From a virus (taxonomy: Duplodnaviria; Caudoviricetes), in the IMG/VR virus record IMGVR_UViG_2974508059_000001, positions 64,001 through 128,000 of that record: a stretch of 64,000 nt of DNA; one strand, given 5' to 3'. Positions 45,600 through 54,267 of this stretch are shown here, piece by piece. The translations under genes and the position numbers were made by a program. Positions within the stretch are counted from its first letter, which is position 1, and each line of letters begins with the position of its first letter. The notes below the pieces were generated by a model. It had not been told where the DNA came from, made no database searches, and saw only the letters and a list, made by a program, of their open reading frames with translations.

Positions 45600-45623
45600 T
45601 TTCAGATAGATATTATTTTCACG
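45600..45623 (+). promoter_or_regulatory. Putative early promoter, class I
   Basis: tttcagatagatattattttcacg. Confidence 0.65.
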
Positions 45624-45652
45624 AACCCATCCTTTCACTCTCAGGAGTCAGC

Positions 45653-45916
45653 ATGTTTACTCGTTACAATGTCGTGGGCAAGAAAGGCTCACACCTTAAA
45701 CTCGAAGAACGCTTAGGCGTTACTGAGAAACCGCGCGAATTAAAGACGCGGGAAATTGATATCCCCAACCACGCCTACAGCAAAGTGGCACTGGGTGATG
45801 TACTGGCACTTCCAACCGAACTCGACACCGGTTCTGAGGTGTGGGCAACCGCTGATATTCAGCACAGTCCCCACGCCATGACCCGTCAGTTCCCATTAAT
45901 GCGTCGGGGTATGTAA
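45653..45916 (+). CDS. Hypothetical protein (87 aa)
   Basis: AGGAG RBS. Confidence 0.75.
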   Translation: MFTRYNVVGKKGSHLKLEERLGVTEKPRELKTREIDIPNHAYSKVALGDVLALPTELDTGSEVWATADIQHSPHAMTRQFPLMRRGM

Positions 45917-46386
45917 TGGACTTTGCAGTTGTTAGTACCGACACTATCGTTCGGATGAAGAAAGCTGCAGCCATTACGTTGGCGACTGAACGACTCATCG
46001 ACAAGAACATCGCTGCGCACTGTGAACTGTTAAACAAAGTTTCAGGTGTGGCGACCGTCTACTCCTGCGAGGGCCATCTAACCCAAGAAGACGGCTTGCC
46101 ACGCCGGCCGTATATCATGATGGCCTGCACCCGTCAGGGTTTGCCTTTCGTGGAAGCTTTAATGAAAGCCGCGCTGGACGACCCTACCTACGCGGTCTGT
46201 CGTTGTGAAGTGACTTTGGCGGAACTGCCGTGGGTTGAAAACAGTCAGGGGTACGAGTATGAACCCCAAGACTTTTACTACGCGTGGATACTGCGGGGTG
46301 ACACGTCAGACCACCACATGTTAATGAGTCAGATTCGCGAGCACTGGCTTGTTGCCATTAACAACACCATCAAACAATTTTCATAA
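45916..46386 (+). CDS. TYW3-like protein, paralog 1
   Basis: ID.NI......LN...GVATVYSCEGH. Confidence 0.55.
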   Translation: MDFAVVSTDTIVRMKKAAAITLATERLIDKNIAAHCELLNKVSGVATVYSCEGHLTQEDGLPRRPYIMMACTRQGLPFVEALMKAALDDPTYAVCRCEVTLAELPWVENSQGYEYEPQDFYYAWILRGDTSDHHMLMSQIREHWLVAINNTIKQFS

Positions 46387-46395
46387 GGACCGACG

Positions 46396-46848
46396 ATGTT
46401 TGCCAATACCACAGTCAGTGATGAGATGCTGGCCTTCTTCTCTTCCCGCACACAAGCGCAGTTAACGACCGGTGGTGTCATTGATATCCCGATGGTGCCT
46501 GTGATTGAAAGTCTTAACCAGTTACCACATGTCGCCACTGTGCTCTGCTGTGGCGGGCACATCCGTGTGGAGAATGGCAAACGGCGTACACGAACGCCCC
46601 ACCACGTTATGCTCGTGGTGGATGCAGTGGGTTATGCAACCTTAGAGCGCATTTACCGTCTCTGGCAGGAGACCGAATACGCAGACAATATCCATCTCTG
46701 TGTCTCCCGGTTATTGCACATGCGGGAAAGTGGCTTTAAAGGGTATTACCCAGTGTGGAAGTTTCAACTTAACCTGCGCCCTGAACCTGAAGTTATTGAG
46801 GGAATGTGCAAGGCGTGGGTGCGTATCGCTAATGCCTGTAAGGAATAA
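46396..46848 (+). CDS. TYW3-like protein, paralog 2
   Basis: ID..M.PV...LN.LP.VATVLCCGGH. Confidence 0.55.
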   Translation: MFANTTVSDEMLAFFSSRTQAQLTTGGVIDIPMVPVIESLNQLPHVATVLCCGGHIRVENGKRRTRTPHHVMLVVDAVGYATLERIYRLWQETEYADNIHLCVSRLLHMRESGFKGYYPVWKFQLNLRPEPEVIEGMCKAWVRIANACKE

Positions 46849-46859
46849 TCCTCTGTATT

Positions 46860-46890
46860 GCTAGCCTCTGGGGCTAGCTTTCTTCTTTTT
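46860..46890 (+). terminator. Rho-independent terminator
   Basis: gctagcct-ctg-gggctagc followed by a T-rich tail. Confidence 0.75.
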
Positions 46891-46956
46891 ATTCGCAAAA
46901 ATAATAGTCCCGTTTTTCACGTATTAGACGTTTCTAATGTAAGGAGAATATACGCA

Positions 46957-47580
46957 ATGGCAACCCCAAAGAAACGTAATAAAAAGTACAACCGTGTGAA
47001 GTCCATGGACAACATCGCACTCAGCGCTGCACAGAACGCCCTGAACCGTATCGCCTTCGTGGGCAGCTCTATCCGACCGCTTGCCCCTTATGGCGGGCGG
47101 TCTTTTCAATTAACATCAACCGGCAACATGCGCATCGCCGTGGCTGAGATTCTGACTTCGTCGCTGTTCGAAGAAGCACGGGATTGGCGGGCATGGATTC
47201 TGCATCTGTATCAGGACGGTGAAGCGATTACTGCTGAGAGCATGCGCTTGCTGCTGCCGGAATACACGTTGGCGGACTTCACTGAGCACGCTGACTTCCT
47301 TATCGAACAAACCCGCGATAAAGAACAGGTGCACTACGGCTATGCCGTCTTTGCCTCCCCGACCGACAAGTTCGATTTGGACGCCATGGATGAAGGCCTC
47401 ACGGAGAACTTCATGCACTCCGGTATCCTCGACAAGTCTCAGCACTTAACGCCTGAAGAGCACAAGGTGGATAAGGCTTTGATGCTGGCAAAGATTGTGG
47501 GTTATCAGACCAAGTTTGATCTCACCCGCAAGCACAAAGTGGAAGTGTCCGAAAGCTACGTTAAAACCCACGAAGAATAA
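46957..47580 (+). CDS. Hypothetical protein with basic N-terminus
   Basis: TAAGGAG RBS before ATG 46957. Confidence 0.8.
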   Translation: MATPKKRNKKYNRVKSMDNIALSAAQNALNRIAFVGSSIRPLAPYGGRSFQLTSTGNMRIAVAEILTSSLFEEARDWRAWILHLYQDGEAITAESMRLLLPEYTLADFTEHADFLIEQTRDKEQVHYGYAVFASPTDKFDLDAMDEGLTENFMHSGILDKSQHLTPEEHKVDKALMLAKIVGYQTKFDLTRKHKVEVSESYVKTHEE

Positions 47581-47621
47581 CGGTTCGTATTACAACTCAA
47601 TTACCCACAAGGATTAATCTC

Positions 47622-48059
47622 ATGGTCGCGAAAATTAAAGTAATCAAAACTGAAGAAGTAAAACATATCGCCAACGGTATTCTGTTGGAGCGTCCGCTGT
47701 CGGACTTCGCTAATCCCGACGATCTTCAATCCGCGTTCCGTCGTCTGGTGCGGGGGCTGCTCTACTGCGAAAAAGGTGTGCCGGATACCTCTGGCATGAA
47801 CGCCTTTGATGCACTGTTTCGAGTGAAAACCATCGAGCCCGATCGCGTCTGTGGTTCCATCGTTGATGCCACGGTCGACGTGGTGGATAACAAGGTTGTG
47901 GTGCGGGGTACCTTTGTCCCGGCCGGGCCATTGAAAGAGATGGCAAAGGTCGCGATGGATATCCTCGATGAGCTGCCACTGGTTCCGCGCTACGTGTTGA
48001 ACTACGACGGCAAAATTGCATCGGTTGAGACGTGGGACCTGCTGGACCTGCAGGGATGA
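47622..48059 (+). CDS. Hypothetical protein (145 aa)
   Basis: AAGGA RBS. Confidence 0.75.
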   Translation: MVAKIKVIKTEEVKHIANGILLERPLSDFANPDDLQSAFRRLVRGLLYCEKGVPDTSGMNAFDALFRVKTIEPDRVCGSIVDATVDVVDNKVVVRGTFVPAGPLKEMAKVAMDILDELPLVPRYVLNYDGKIASVETWDLLDLQG

Positions 48060-48259
48060 ATCCGCTTCAAATCTGGGGCGTAGTTGTCTACGCCATCTTC
48101 TCCTTTGTGATGGCGCTCGCACTGATGTCGCTTGCGCCACGCTATAAGCCGGGAAGACTACTCCCGATTGTTCTCTTCTACCTCGCCGTGATTGCTGTAT
48201 TAACTGCCGGCGGGTATCTTTTTGGTTGGTACGTCTTAAGTGGATTAAAGGTGGATTAA
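48056..48259 (+). CDS. Small two-TM membrane protein
   Basis: ATGA overlap; two hydrophobic helices. Confidence 0.75.
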   Translation: MNPLQIWGVVVYAIFSFVMALALMSLAPRYKPGRLLPIVLFYLAVIAVLTAGGYLFGWYVLSGLKVD

Positions 48260-49245
48260 TGCCGACGTATATTGCATTAACTGGCGGGTTGGATTCAACG
48301 TGGTGTTTGGTCAACGGTAAGAAGGCTGGAAACAGTCTGGAGCCTGTGGTGTTTAACATGGGCAACGGCATCAACGCGGTTATCATTGAGTATCTGTTGG
48401 GTCGTGAAATGGTACGTCGTCTCTGGAAGGATAAAAAAGGTGACGTGATGCCCCACCATGCGTGGGGTAAGCAAAAGCTCGGCGGGTACATTTTCACTAA
48501 CAACAATACGCCGACCATGCGCATGATTCAACAGGGGCGGGTGGTCAATGGTCTGGCACGGGTTGCCTGCGATGATAGCCGTATACGTGACCCGATTCAT
48601 TGTATCGTTGGCTGGCATCGGGATGACGCGTTCGAGAACAACGGTGAGTACGGTGATTGGTCACTGGACGACTACAGTAAGCTCAAGCAGTTGTTTGAAT
48701 TGCAATGCTACTTTGCAGACACGGGTCGCCGTATTCAGCCGCTGGCCACCCCGGCGTGGGATAAGCCGAAGATTGACATGTGGAGCGAGTTACCGGACGA
48801 CCTTCGCCCACTGGTCACGGTTCACTGGCATAACGCGTTAAGCATTGTCTATTCGGACAAACGCAAGGAGTTGCTGATTTGTGCCCAGCCGACGTATTTC
48901 TCACACAAGGTTAATGAGTACATCGCGTTGGGTATTGACCCAACCGCCGCGTGGATAATCAAAGCGGATAACAACCTTCTGCGTGAACTTGCTGCCCCGC
49001 TGTTTAAAGAGGATGTGTTACCGCTGGCTGTCAAGCACATGCTGAATGAAGTACCGGCGGGTGCTATCGCGAATATGGAAAAAGTCCATATCAGCGACAA
49101 CATCACTATCAACCAAACTTACCCACACACCCGCTGGAGCGTCGAAGGTGAATCAATCTTACGTGAGTTTAAAGAAGACATGGAAGCGGCTTATGACGCT
49201 GCTCTTCAAAAAGAAAAAGCCACAACAGCCCAAGCGGACGCTTGA
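48259..49245 (+). CDS. QueC-like PP-loop (adenine nucleotide alpha hydrolase) protein
   Basis: YIALTGGLDST PP-loop; GW..DD; TP....K..M; no C-terminal Zn-Cys cluster. Confidence 0.6.
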   Translation: MPTYIALTGGLDSTWCLVNGKKAGNSLEPVVFNMGNGINAVIIEYLLGREMVRRLWKDKKGDVMPHHAWGKQKLGGYIFTNNNTPTMRMIQQGRVVNGLARVACDDSRIRDPIHCIVGWHRDDAFENNGEYGDWSLDDYSKLKQLFELQCYFADTGRRIQPLATPAWDKPKIDMWSELPDDLRPLVTVHWHNALSIVYSDKRKELLICAQPTYFSHKVNEYIALGIDPTAAWIIKADNNLLRELAAPLFKEDVLPLAVKHMLNEVPAGAIANMEKVHISDNITINQTYPHTRWSVEGESILREFKEDMEAAYDAALQKEKATTAQADA

Positions 49246-49681
49246 TGATATCGTTCGTGAGTTGTTCGATTCCGAAGACCGGGACATCCCGGCTTTTGCT
49301 TCCGCCATGGGCATGTCCGTGCCTGATTTGTACTTTGCCGTGAAAGACCCACATCTACGTGGGAACATCAAAGGCTTTGCAGGGCAGGAAGCAAAAATCA
49401 TTATCAACGAACGGAACGATCGCCTCATCTTTGGTCGCAACGCCGTCCTCGTCAGCATGCCCGATCGGGGCAACTTGCGTTTCGAGAACCTCGAAGAGGG
49501 GATTGACCACCTTCGCCGCATGGCAAAACCGGACACACCGATTAAGATGTTCCCACACGATGTCAAAGAGCACACTGTGATGTTCTCGCTGACTGACGTG
49601 AAGGGCGACGCGGCTTTGGGCGTAATCTCGCAGCTCTCTAAAGCGCAGTTCGAGAAAATACTGGAAAGGTTCAAGGGGTAG
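49193..49681 (+). CDS. Hypothetical protein (162 aa)
   Basis: Likely start at ATG 49193, overlapping the upstream gene. Confidence 0.65.
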   Translation: MTLLFKKKKPQQPKRTLDDIVRELFDSEDRDIPAFASAMGMSVPDLYFAVKDPHLRGNIKGFAGQEAKIIINERNDRLIFGRNAVLVSMPDRGNLRFENLEEGIDHLRRMAKPDTPIKMFPHDVKEHTVMFSLTDVKGDAALGVISQLSKAQFEKILERFKG

Positions 49682-49683
49682 CA

Positions 49684-51426
49684 ATGAAAATACTGGTGAG
49701 CTTGCCGGAGATGACGCCATCAGATTTTGTGGCGTTGTTTGATAAGCACGTTTACGGGCAGGAACAGGCCAAGAAGATGCTGGCCATTGCCCTGCGTAAC
49801 CGCTACCGCACGTCGCTCTTACTCGGGCAAGACCGCTTTAGCGTGAACAAGCAGAACGTGTTATTGCACGGCCCGACGGGTACCGGTAAGACGGCCCTGA
49901 TTCGTGTGTTACGCAAAGACCTCGAATTGCCGGTGCTGGAGTTCGACATGACATCCTTTACGGAGTCGGGCTACGTCGGGCGTAGCATCGAAGAAATTGG
50001 CAAGGAGCTGAGGGAGCTGACCAAAGGCCTGAAGATTCCGAACTGGTATCTCGAAGCGCACGGTCAGCCCATTAACAAAGAGCCGGAAAGGAAGTACACC
50101 CGGGCGGAGTTAGAGGAACTGCAAAGGCAGGAGCTGCGCAACGACATGCAGGAGCGGGACGAACACCGTAAGCGTTTCAATGAAGCGTACAACGCCGCCT
50201 TGGACGAACTCAAGGCATCGGGTGTGCTGGATATCGAAAAGCACGGTACGTACCTCAGCGTCTACTATTACCGCTGCCTGTTGTTAGGACTTTACCGCTC
50301 TAACCACATTGAGGATGTATCGGGGCTGCAAGAACTCACCACGCTTAACATCGATGGTCTGGATTTCGGTGCTGTGTTTAAGGATACGGCCCGTTTGAAA
50401 GAGTTGTCCGATCTGGAGAACAGTGATGAAGAGCTCAGCGAAATGGGTGAGGCGGAACTCGAAGCGGAAGTGGCAGCCATCATGGCGCGGTTACTCAGGA
50501 CAATGGGTCCAATTGAGTCTGAGTTTATTGAGCTGGGTCGTCGTTACATGAACAGCTATCCGTCCATGGCAACGGCCCCTCACGAAACGTGGGCACAGTT
50601 CGCTGACCAGTTTGAGGAAAGTGATGATGCGTTGCGGCCCATCGGTTTCAGAGCGGTACGTGTGGAAGACCCTGAACTGCACGCCCTGACCTTGTTGCAT
50701 AGCGACATTGAGCTTGCAGAGAAACAGCTCACCACCTGTGACGATTTTTCACACTACGTTGACGACGACCTCTGGGTGCTGCCGAAGTTTGAGCAGTTAA
50801 GTAAGGAAGCCATTGAAGCGCAAGAAAAGAGCGACAGCCCGAAACGACGTATCGACCCCAAGTCGTTTGTGGAGAACTTCGCGGTGGTATTCTTAGATGA
50901 GATTGACAAACTCATTGAAGAAGACACGACCCGAACCCACGTCTCGCGTTCTGGGGTACAGCGCAGTTTATTGAAGATGGTCGAAGGCGGAACCTACCAC
51001 GGTATCGACACCACAAATATCTTGTTCGTGGCCGCGGGCGCGTTTGCCATTTCTCCTATCAGTAAACTGATGCCGGAGCTGCAAGGTCGTTTCCCACTGC
51101 GGGGCCGGCTGAACGCACTGGACGCCGATGCGTTTGTGCACATCTGTAAGATGACGGGCAGTGAGTTCCAAGGTCACATCGCGCTGATGCGTACTGAGAA
51201 TGTTCAGGTCAAGTACGACATGGACACGTATCAAGTGATTGCTGAACGCACCCTTGCCCAAAACATGGTGGACAATCTCGGTGCCCGACGTCTGGGTGCG
51301 GTGATTAATGCCATCTTCCAACCTGCTATGTACGAGCCGGAGAAATACCGTCAAAACGGTTTTGATATCCGCGGTGAAACCTTACGAGCCTTGAGTAAAA
51401 CAGATGACGGAAAACAAAAGCATTAG
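49684..51426 (+). CDS. hslU: HslU/ClpY-like AAA+ ATPase
   Basis: MTP.......DKHV.GQ..AK..LAIALRNR.R, GPTGTGKT, FTE.GYVGR, VFLDEIDK, SR.GVQR.LL..VEG, PELQGRFP, NLGARRL. Confidence 0.9.
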   Translation: MKILVSLPEMTPSDFVALFDKHVYGQEQAKKMLAIALRNRYRTSLLLGQDRFSVNKQNVLLHGPTGTGKTALIRVLRKDLELPVLEFDMTSFTESGYVGRSIEEIGKELRELTKGLKIPNWYLEAHGQPINKEPERKYTRAELEELQRQELRNDMQERDEHRKRFNEAYNAALDELKASGVLDIEKHGTYLSVYYYRCLLLGLYRSNHIEDVSGLQELTTLNIDGLDFGAVFKDTARLKELSDLENSDEELSEMGEAELEAEVAAIMARLLRTMGPIESEFIELGRRYMNSYPSMATAPHETWAQFADQFEESDDALRPIGFRAVRVEDPELHALTLLHSDIELAEKQLTTCDDFSHYVDDDLWVLPKFEQLSKEAIEAQEKSDSPKRRIDPKSFVENFAVVFLDEIDKLIEEDTTRTHVSRSGVQRSLLKMVEGGTYHGIDTTNILFVAAGAFAISPISKLMPELQGRFPLRGRLNALDADAFVHICKMTGSEFQGHIALMRTENVQVKYDMDTYQVIAERTLAQNMVDNLGARRLGAVINAIFQPAMYEPEKYRQNGFDIRGETLRALSKTDDGKQKH

Positions 51427-51730
51427 TCAGGAAGAAGCTGTAATCGAGTTGCAAAGCAACTTCGACAGACTGAAGGAGCAGGCTAAGGATGGACACTCTC
51501 CGCTGTATCTCGTATACACCGGTGACGTGGGGGCCGTCGTCCATCCCAAGACGTGGGTAATGCGTGACGTGCTTGGCCAGCGGACGATTCTCGGCAAATC
51601 GATCGCCATGGTGCCAGCGCCCGAAGAACGGACGTTGTACATCTTGGAATACGAGACAGGAGCGAAGTTAGGTGAGATTACCAACCCACCTTTAGACCTG
51701 CTCAATGAACTCACTGGGCTTTCAACGTGA
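51404..51730 (+). CDS. Hypothetical protein (108 aa)
   Basis: Overlaps the hslU-like stop. Confidence 0.7.
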   Translation: MTENKSISQEEAVIELQSNFDRLKEQAKDGHSPLYLVYTGDVGAVVHPKTWVMRDVLGQRTILGKSIAMVPAPEERTLYILEYETGAKLGEITNPPLDLLNELTGLST

Positions 51731-51756
51731 GGAAACCTTAACCTTTAGGAGTGTGT

Positions 51757-52137
51757 ATGTCAGCCTTACGAGTATGGACAATTCAGATGGGCCAGTGGCG
51801 TAAAGCCGTGGAGAAAGACATACCCCTCCTGAATATTACAATCAAGTCCGGTGAAGCTATCTTTGCACCGGACTGGGATTTCTTGATGACGTATAAAGAT
51901 TCCGCCAAAACCCCCGAGGATGAACGCATTTACACTCGGGCGTATGCCGCGAAGATTAACCGTAAACTCAAAGAATTCCCGAATAAGTTTTCAGATATAT
52001 TTAATAACAGTGAGATAGCCTTAGCCTGTTATTGTCCGGCCGGTGAATTCTGTCATCGGCATTTGTTTGTCAAAGTCCTACAACAGCTCGGTAAGCAACT
52101 CGGTAGAGAAGTTATTTACATGGGCGAAATCACTTAA
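51757..52137 (+). CDS. DUF488-like protein
   Basis: FAPDW, Y...Y, IALACYC...FCHRHL. Confidence 0.65.
   Translation: MSALRVWTIQMGQWRKAVEKDIPLLNITIKSGEAIFAPDWDFLMTYKDSAKTPEDERIYTRAYAAKINRKLKEFPNKFSDIFNNSEIALACYCPAGEFCHRHLFVKVLQQLGKQLGREVIYMGEIT
51989..52012 (+). promoter_or_regulatory. Putative intragenic early promoter, class I
   Basis: tttcagatatatttaataacagtg in an AT-rich patch about 150 nt upstream of ORF 52164. Confidence 0.45.
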
Positions 52138-52163
52138 TTGCAACACCGTAAGGAGTAATAGAA

Positions 52164-52760
52164 ATGCGCGTTAAGAAAGTTATCCACGTGCCGATTGTTA
52201 ACATCGTCAATACCCCGGACACGCTGCACAAAGATGGTGAACGTAATGTCATGCTCACTAAACAACATTTTGAAAGGGTTGAACGCCTGAAAGCGGAAGG
52301 GCATCCCGTCGAGGGATACACCGTGCATTATGTTCCCGTGGCCGGAAGTGACATGGGCTTTGCGCTGACGGCGACATTAACGTTGCTGTGTCTTAAGCCC
52401 AACGATGCCGAAGCATTAATTCTTTATAAGGCGCTTGAAGAATCGTTTAAATACGCCGCGATTCGCGGTAACACGACTTCCATCTGGACCGGGCAAGCAG
52501 CGGCAATCCTTAACAAATACGCCACCCAAGTCAGCGGTACAATCATGAAGTCGCTGACCGACGAAAGGATGGTTGATAAGATTGCCAAACCGTGGATGGT
52601 GCGCGAACCGTCCGGCTTCGATCGTAAGCAACGTCGCCCGCAGTCGAACCTCCCCGTTCTGACCATTGAATTACCCATCGGTGAAGAGTCTACCGGTGCT
52701 CGTCACCATATCGCCCTGCACCTCGAGCAGATTGGCTACGCTGTTAAATTCAAAAACTAA
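52164..52760 (+). CDS. Hypothetical protein (198 aa)
   Basis: TAAGGAG RBS. Confidence 0.8.
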   Translation: MRVKKVIHVPIVNIVNTPDTLHKDGERNVMLTKQHFERVERLKAEGHPVEGYTVHYVPVAGSDMGFALTATLTLLCLKPNDAEALILYKALEESFKYAAIRGNTTSIWTGQAAAILNKYATQVSGTIMKSLTDERMVDKIAKPWMVREPSGFDRKQRRPQSNLPVLTIELPIGEESTGARHHIALHLEQIGYAVKFKN

Positions 52761-52773
52761 GTAAGGATTAATC

Positions 52774-53088
52774 ATGAAAACTGAACAAGTAAGCAAAATT
52801 GAAGAAGTTATCGACACCGCGCTGGCAGATGCTAATAAGCCTATCACCGCTGTCGGTATTGTTGCCCGCCATTTTGGTGCGAGCATTGAAAAGCGTAAAG
52901 CACCGAAAATCTTTGTGCGCTCTGAGCTGCCGTTGACCCACGACGAAGCGGCCCGCGTAGCTGAAGCACTGGAGGCCGAAGGTTTCGAATGGGAAATCGC
53001 TGGCGCTACCCTTAACCCTATCGAAGTATCGGACAACGTCGTACGTCGTTCGAAGTCGGTTCCCCGCATTAAACGAGGTGCGAAATGA
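52774..53088 (+). CDS. Hypothetical protein (104 aa)
   Basis: TAAGGA RBS. Confidence 0.75.
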   Translation: MKTEQVSKIEEVIDTALADANKPITAVGIVARHFGASIEKRKAPKIFVRSELPLTHDEAARVAEALEAEGFEWEIAGATLNPIEVSDNVVRRSKSVPRIKRGAK

Positions 53089-53612
53089 ACACCGCGCAAT
53101 TAAACTGTTTTACCAAACGTGAACGTACTGAACTGATTCGCATCACCCGCGGTCAGCAGGTTAACGACAGCTTCAATATCGACCCGAAGAAGCTTGCCAT
53201 CGCCAAGCACTTCCCGGAAGTGGAATGGGACATTGAGTTCTTCCGTCTGCAGGCCTTTACGAACGCCTTAACTCAGATGGCGAACTACAACAGCGCGAAA
53301 GTACCGGCGTGGACGTGGCATATTCGTCACACCCCGTCGTCCATCTGCGATCGTCAGTCCGGTGAGATGGTTAACGTCAAACCGATTGCCCATCCGCGCT
53401 ATATGGATCAGTTCATCGAGCTCATTGCCAAGACCCCTCTCTCCTCAATCGATGCCTATTGCGACATCATTAAAGAGATTGGCCACCCAAGCATCAAGTG
53501 CATCGGGTCGGACACCGCTGACAAGAACGGGCACTTTACGCGCCTGTCGTGGATTGCGGGTCCGTACAACAATGAGAACCTCCTTTATCTGGATCGGAAC
53601 CGTCACGCATGA
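53085..53612 (+). CDS. Hypothetical protein (175 aa)
   Basis: GAGG RBS, ATGA overlap. Confidence 0.75.
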   Translation: MNTAQLNCFTKRERTELIRITRGQQVNDSFNIDPKKLAIAKHFPEVEWDIEFFRLQAFTNALTQMANYNSAKVPAWTWHIRHTPSSICDRQSGEMVNVKPIAHPRYMDQFIELIAKTPLSSIDAYCDIIKEIGHPSIKCIGSDTADKNGHFTRLSWIAGPYNNENLLYLDRNRHA

Positions 53613-53908
53613 AACCGTTAGAGATGACGCAGAAGGAGCTTTTAGACCATCTGCTCTACGGCGGGAAAGTAGAAGACACGCGGGAGTGGGCTGATGCACT
53701 CCTGATGTCTCTTATTCCTGCGCGCAGTAATCACTACGAAATCGCGGTACTGGGAGAAGAGTATTGTTTTCGTACCAAAGACCGCGAATACGAAATCCAG
53801 CGCGTTCCCGCCACCGTCGGCGGGGTGTTGTTGTTGGCCGCTAACCAACTCACGTTCATCGAGGTGGCGTTGAACTATTACGCCACCGGTGGACAAAGGG
53901 GGTTCTAA
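53609..53908 (+). CDS. Hypothetical protein (99 aa)
   Basis: ATGA overlap. Confidence 0.7.
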   Translation: MKPLEMTQKELLDHLLYGGKVEDTREWADALLMSLIPARSNHYEIAVLGEEYCFRTKDREYEIQRVPATVGGVLLLAANQLTFIEVALNYYATGGQRGF

Positions 53909-53928
53909 GGTAAACCCGGAGAGAAATT

Positions 53929-54267
53929 ATGTTCGGTTGGTTCCGACATTACAAACAGTTAAAGGAAGAGCACGCCGTGTTAACCGAGACCACGGAGTTT
54001 CAGGCTCAACTGATCGACGTGCTTCGTGAACAGGTAAAAGCAGCCACCGGTCTCGCGAACACACAGCGCAACACCATAGACCTGCTGAGCAAGAACCGCG
54101 ACATAAATGAGCGGACACTTGATCTGGTGTTGACCATACTCGCCACCGCAGTCTACGAGCGACGTGACCCACTTGACGCCATTGGTCGGGTGTTTAGAGC
54201 GATGTCACCAAAAACCTGTGCTCGGGTTGCAAAATTAATATTAGCTGAAAGGAGTAATAAATGTTAA
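53929..54267 (+). CDS. Coiled-coil hypothetical protein
   Basis: GGAG RBS; heptad pattern. Confidence 0.7.
   Translation: MFGWFRHYKQLKEEHAVLTETTEFQAQLIDVLREQVKAATGLANTQRNTIDLLSKNRDINERTLDLVLTILATAVYERRDPLDAIGRVFRAMSPKTCARVAKLILAERSNKC

Noticed and set aside
48259-49245. Canonical queC / 7-deazaguanine DNA modification cluster
   Set aside because: The zinc-binding cysteines are absent and no partner genes are recognisable in the window, so it is reported only as QueC-like.
49193-49681. IrrE/ImmA-like metallopeptidase
   Set aside because: The N-terminal pattern is vaguely similar but there is no HExxH motif.
3120-54258. Recurrent TAAGGAGTAAT sequence as a possible regulatory repeat
   Set aside because: It consistently sits a few nucleotides before a start codon and is explained as a strong Shine-Dalgarno with an A/T spacer.
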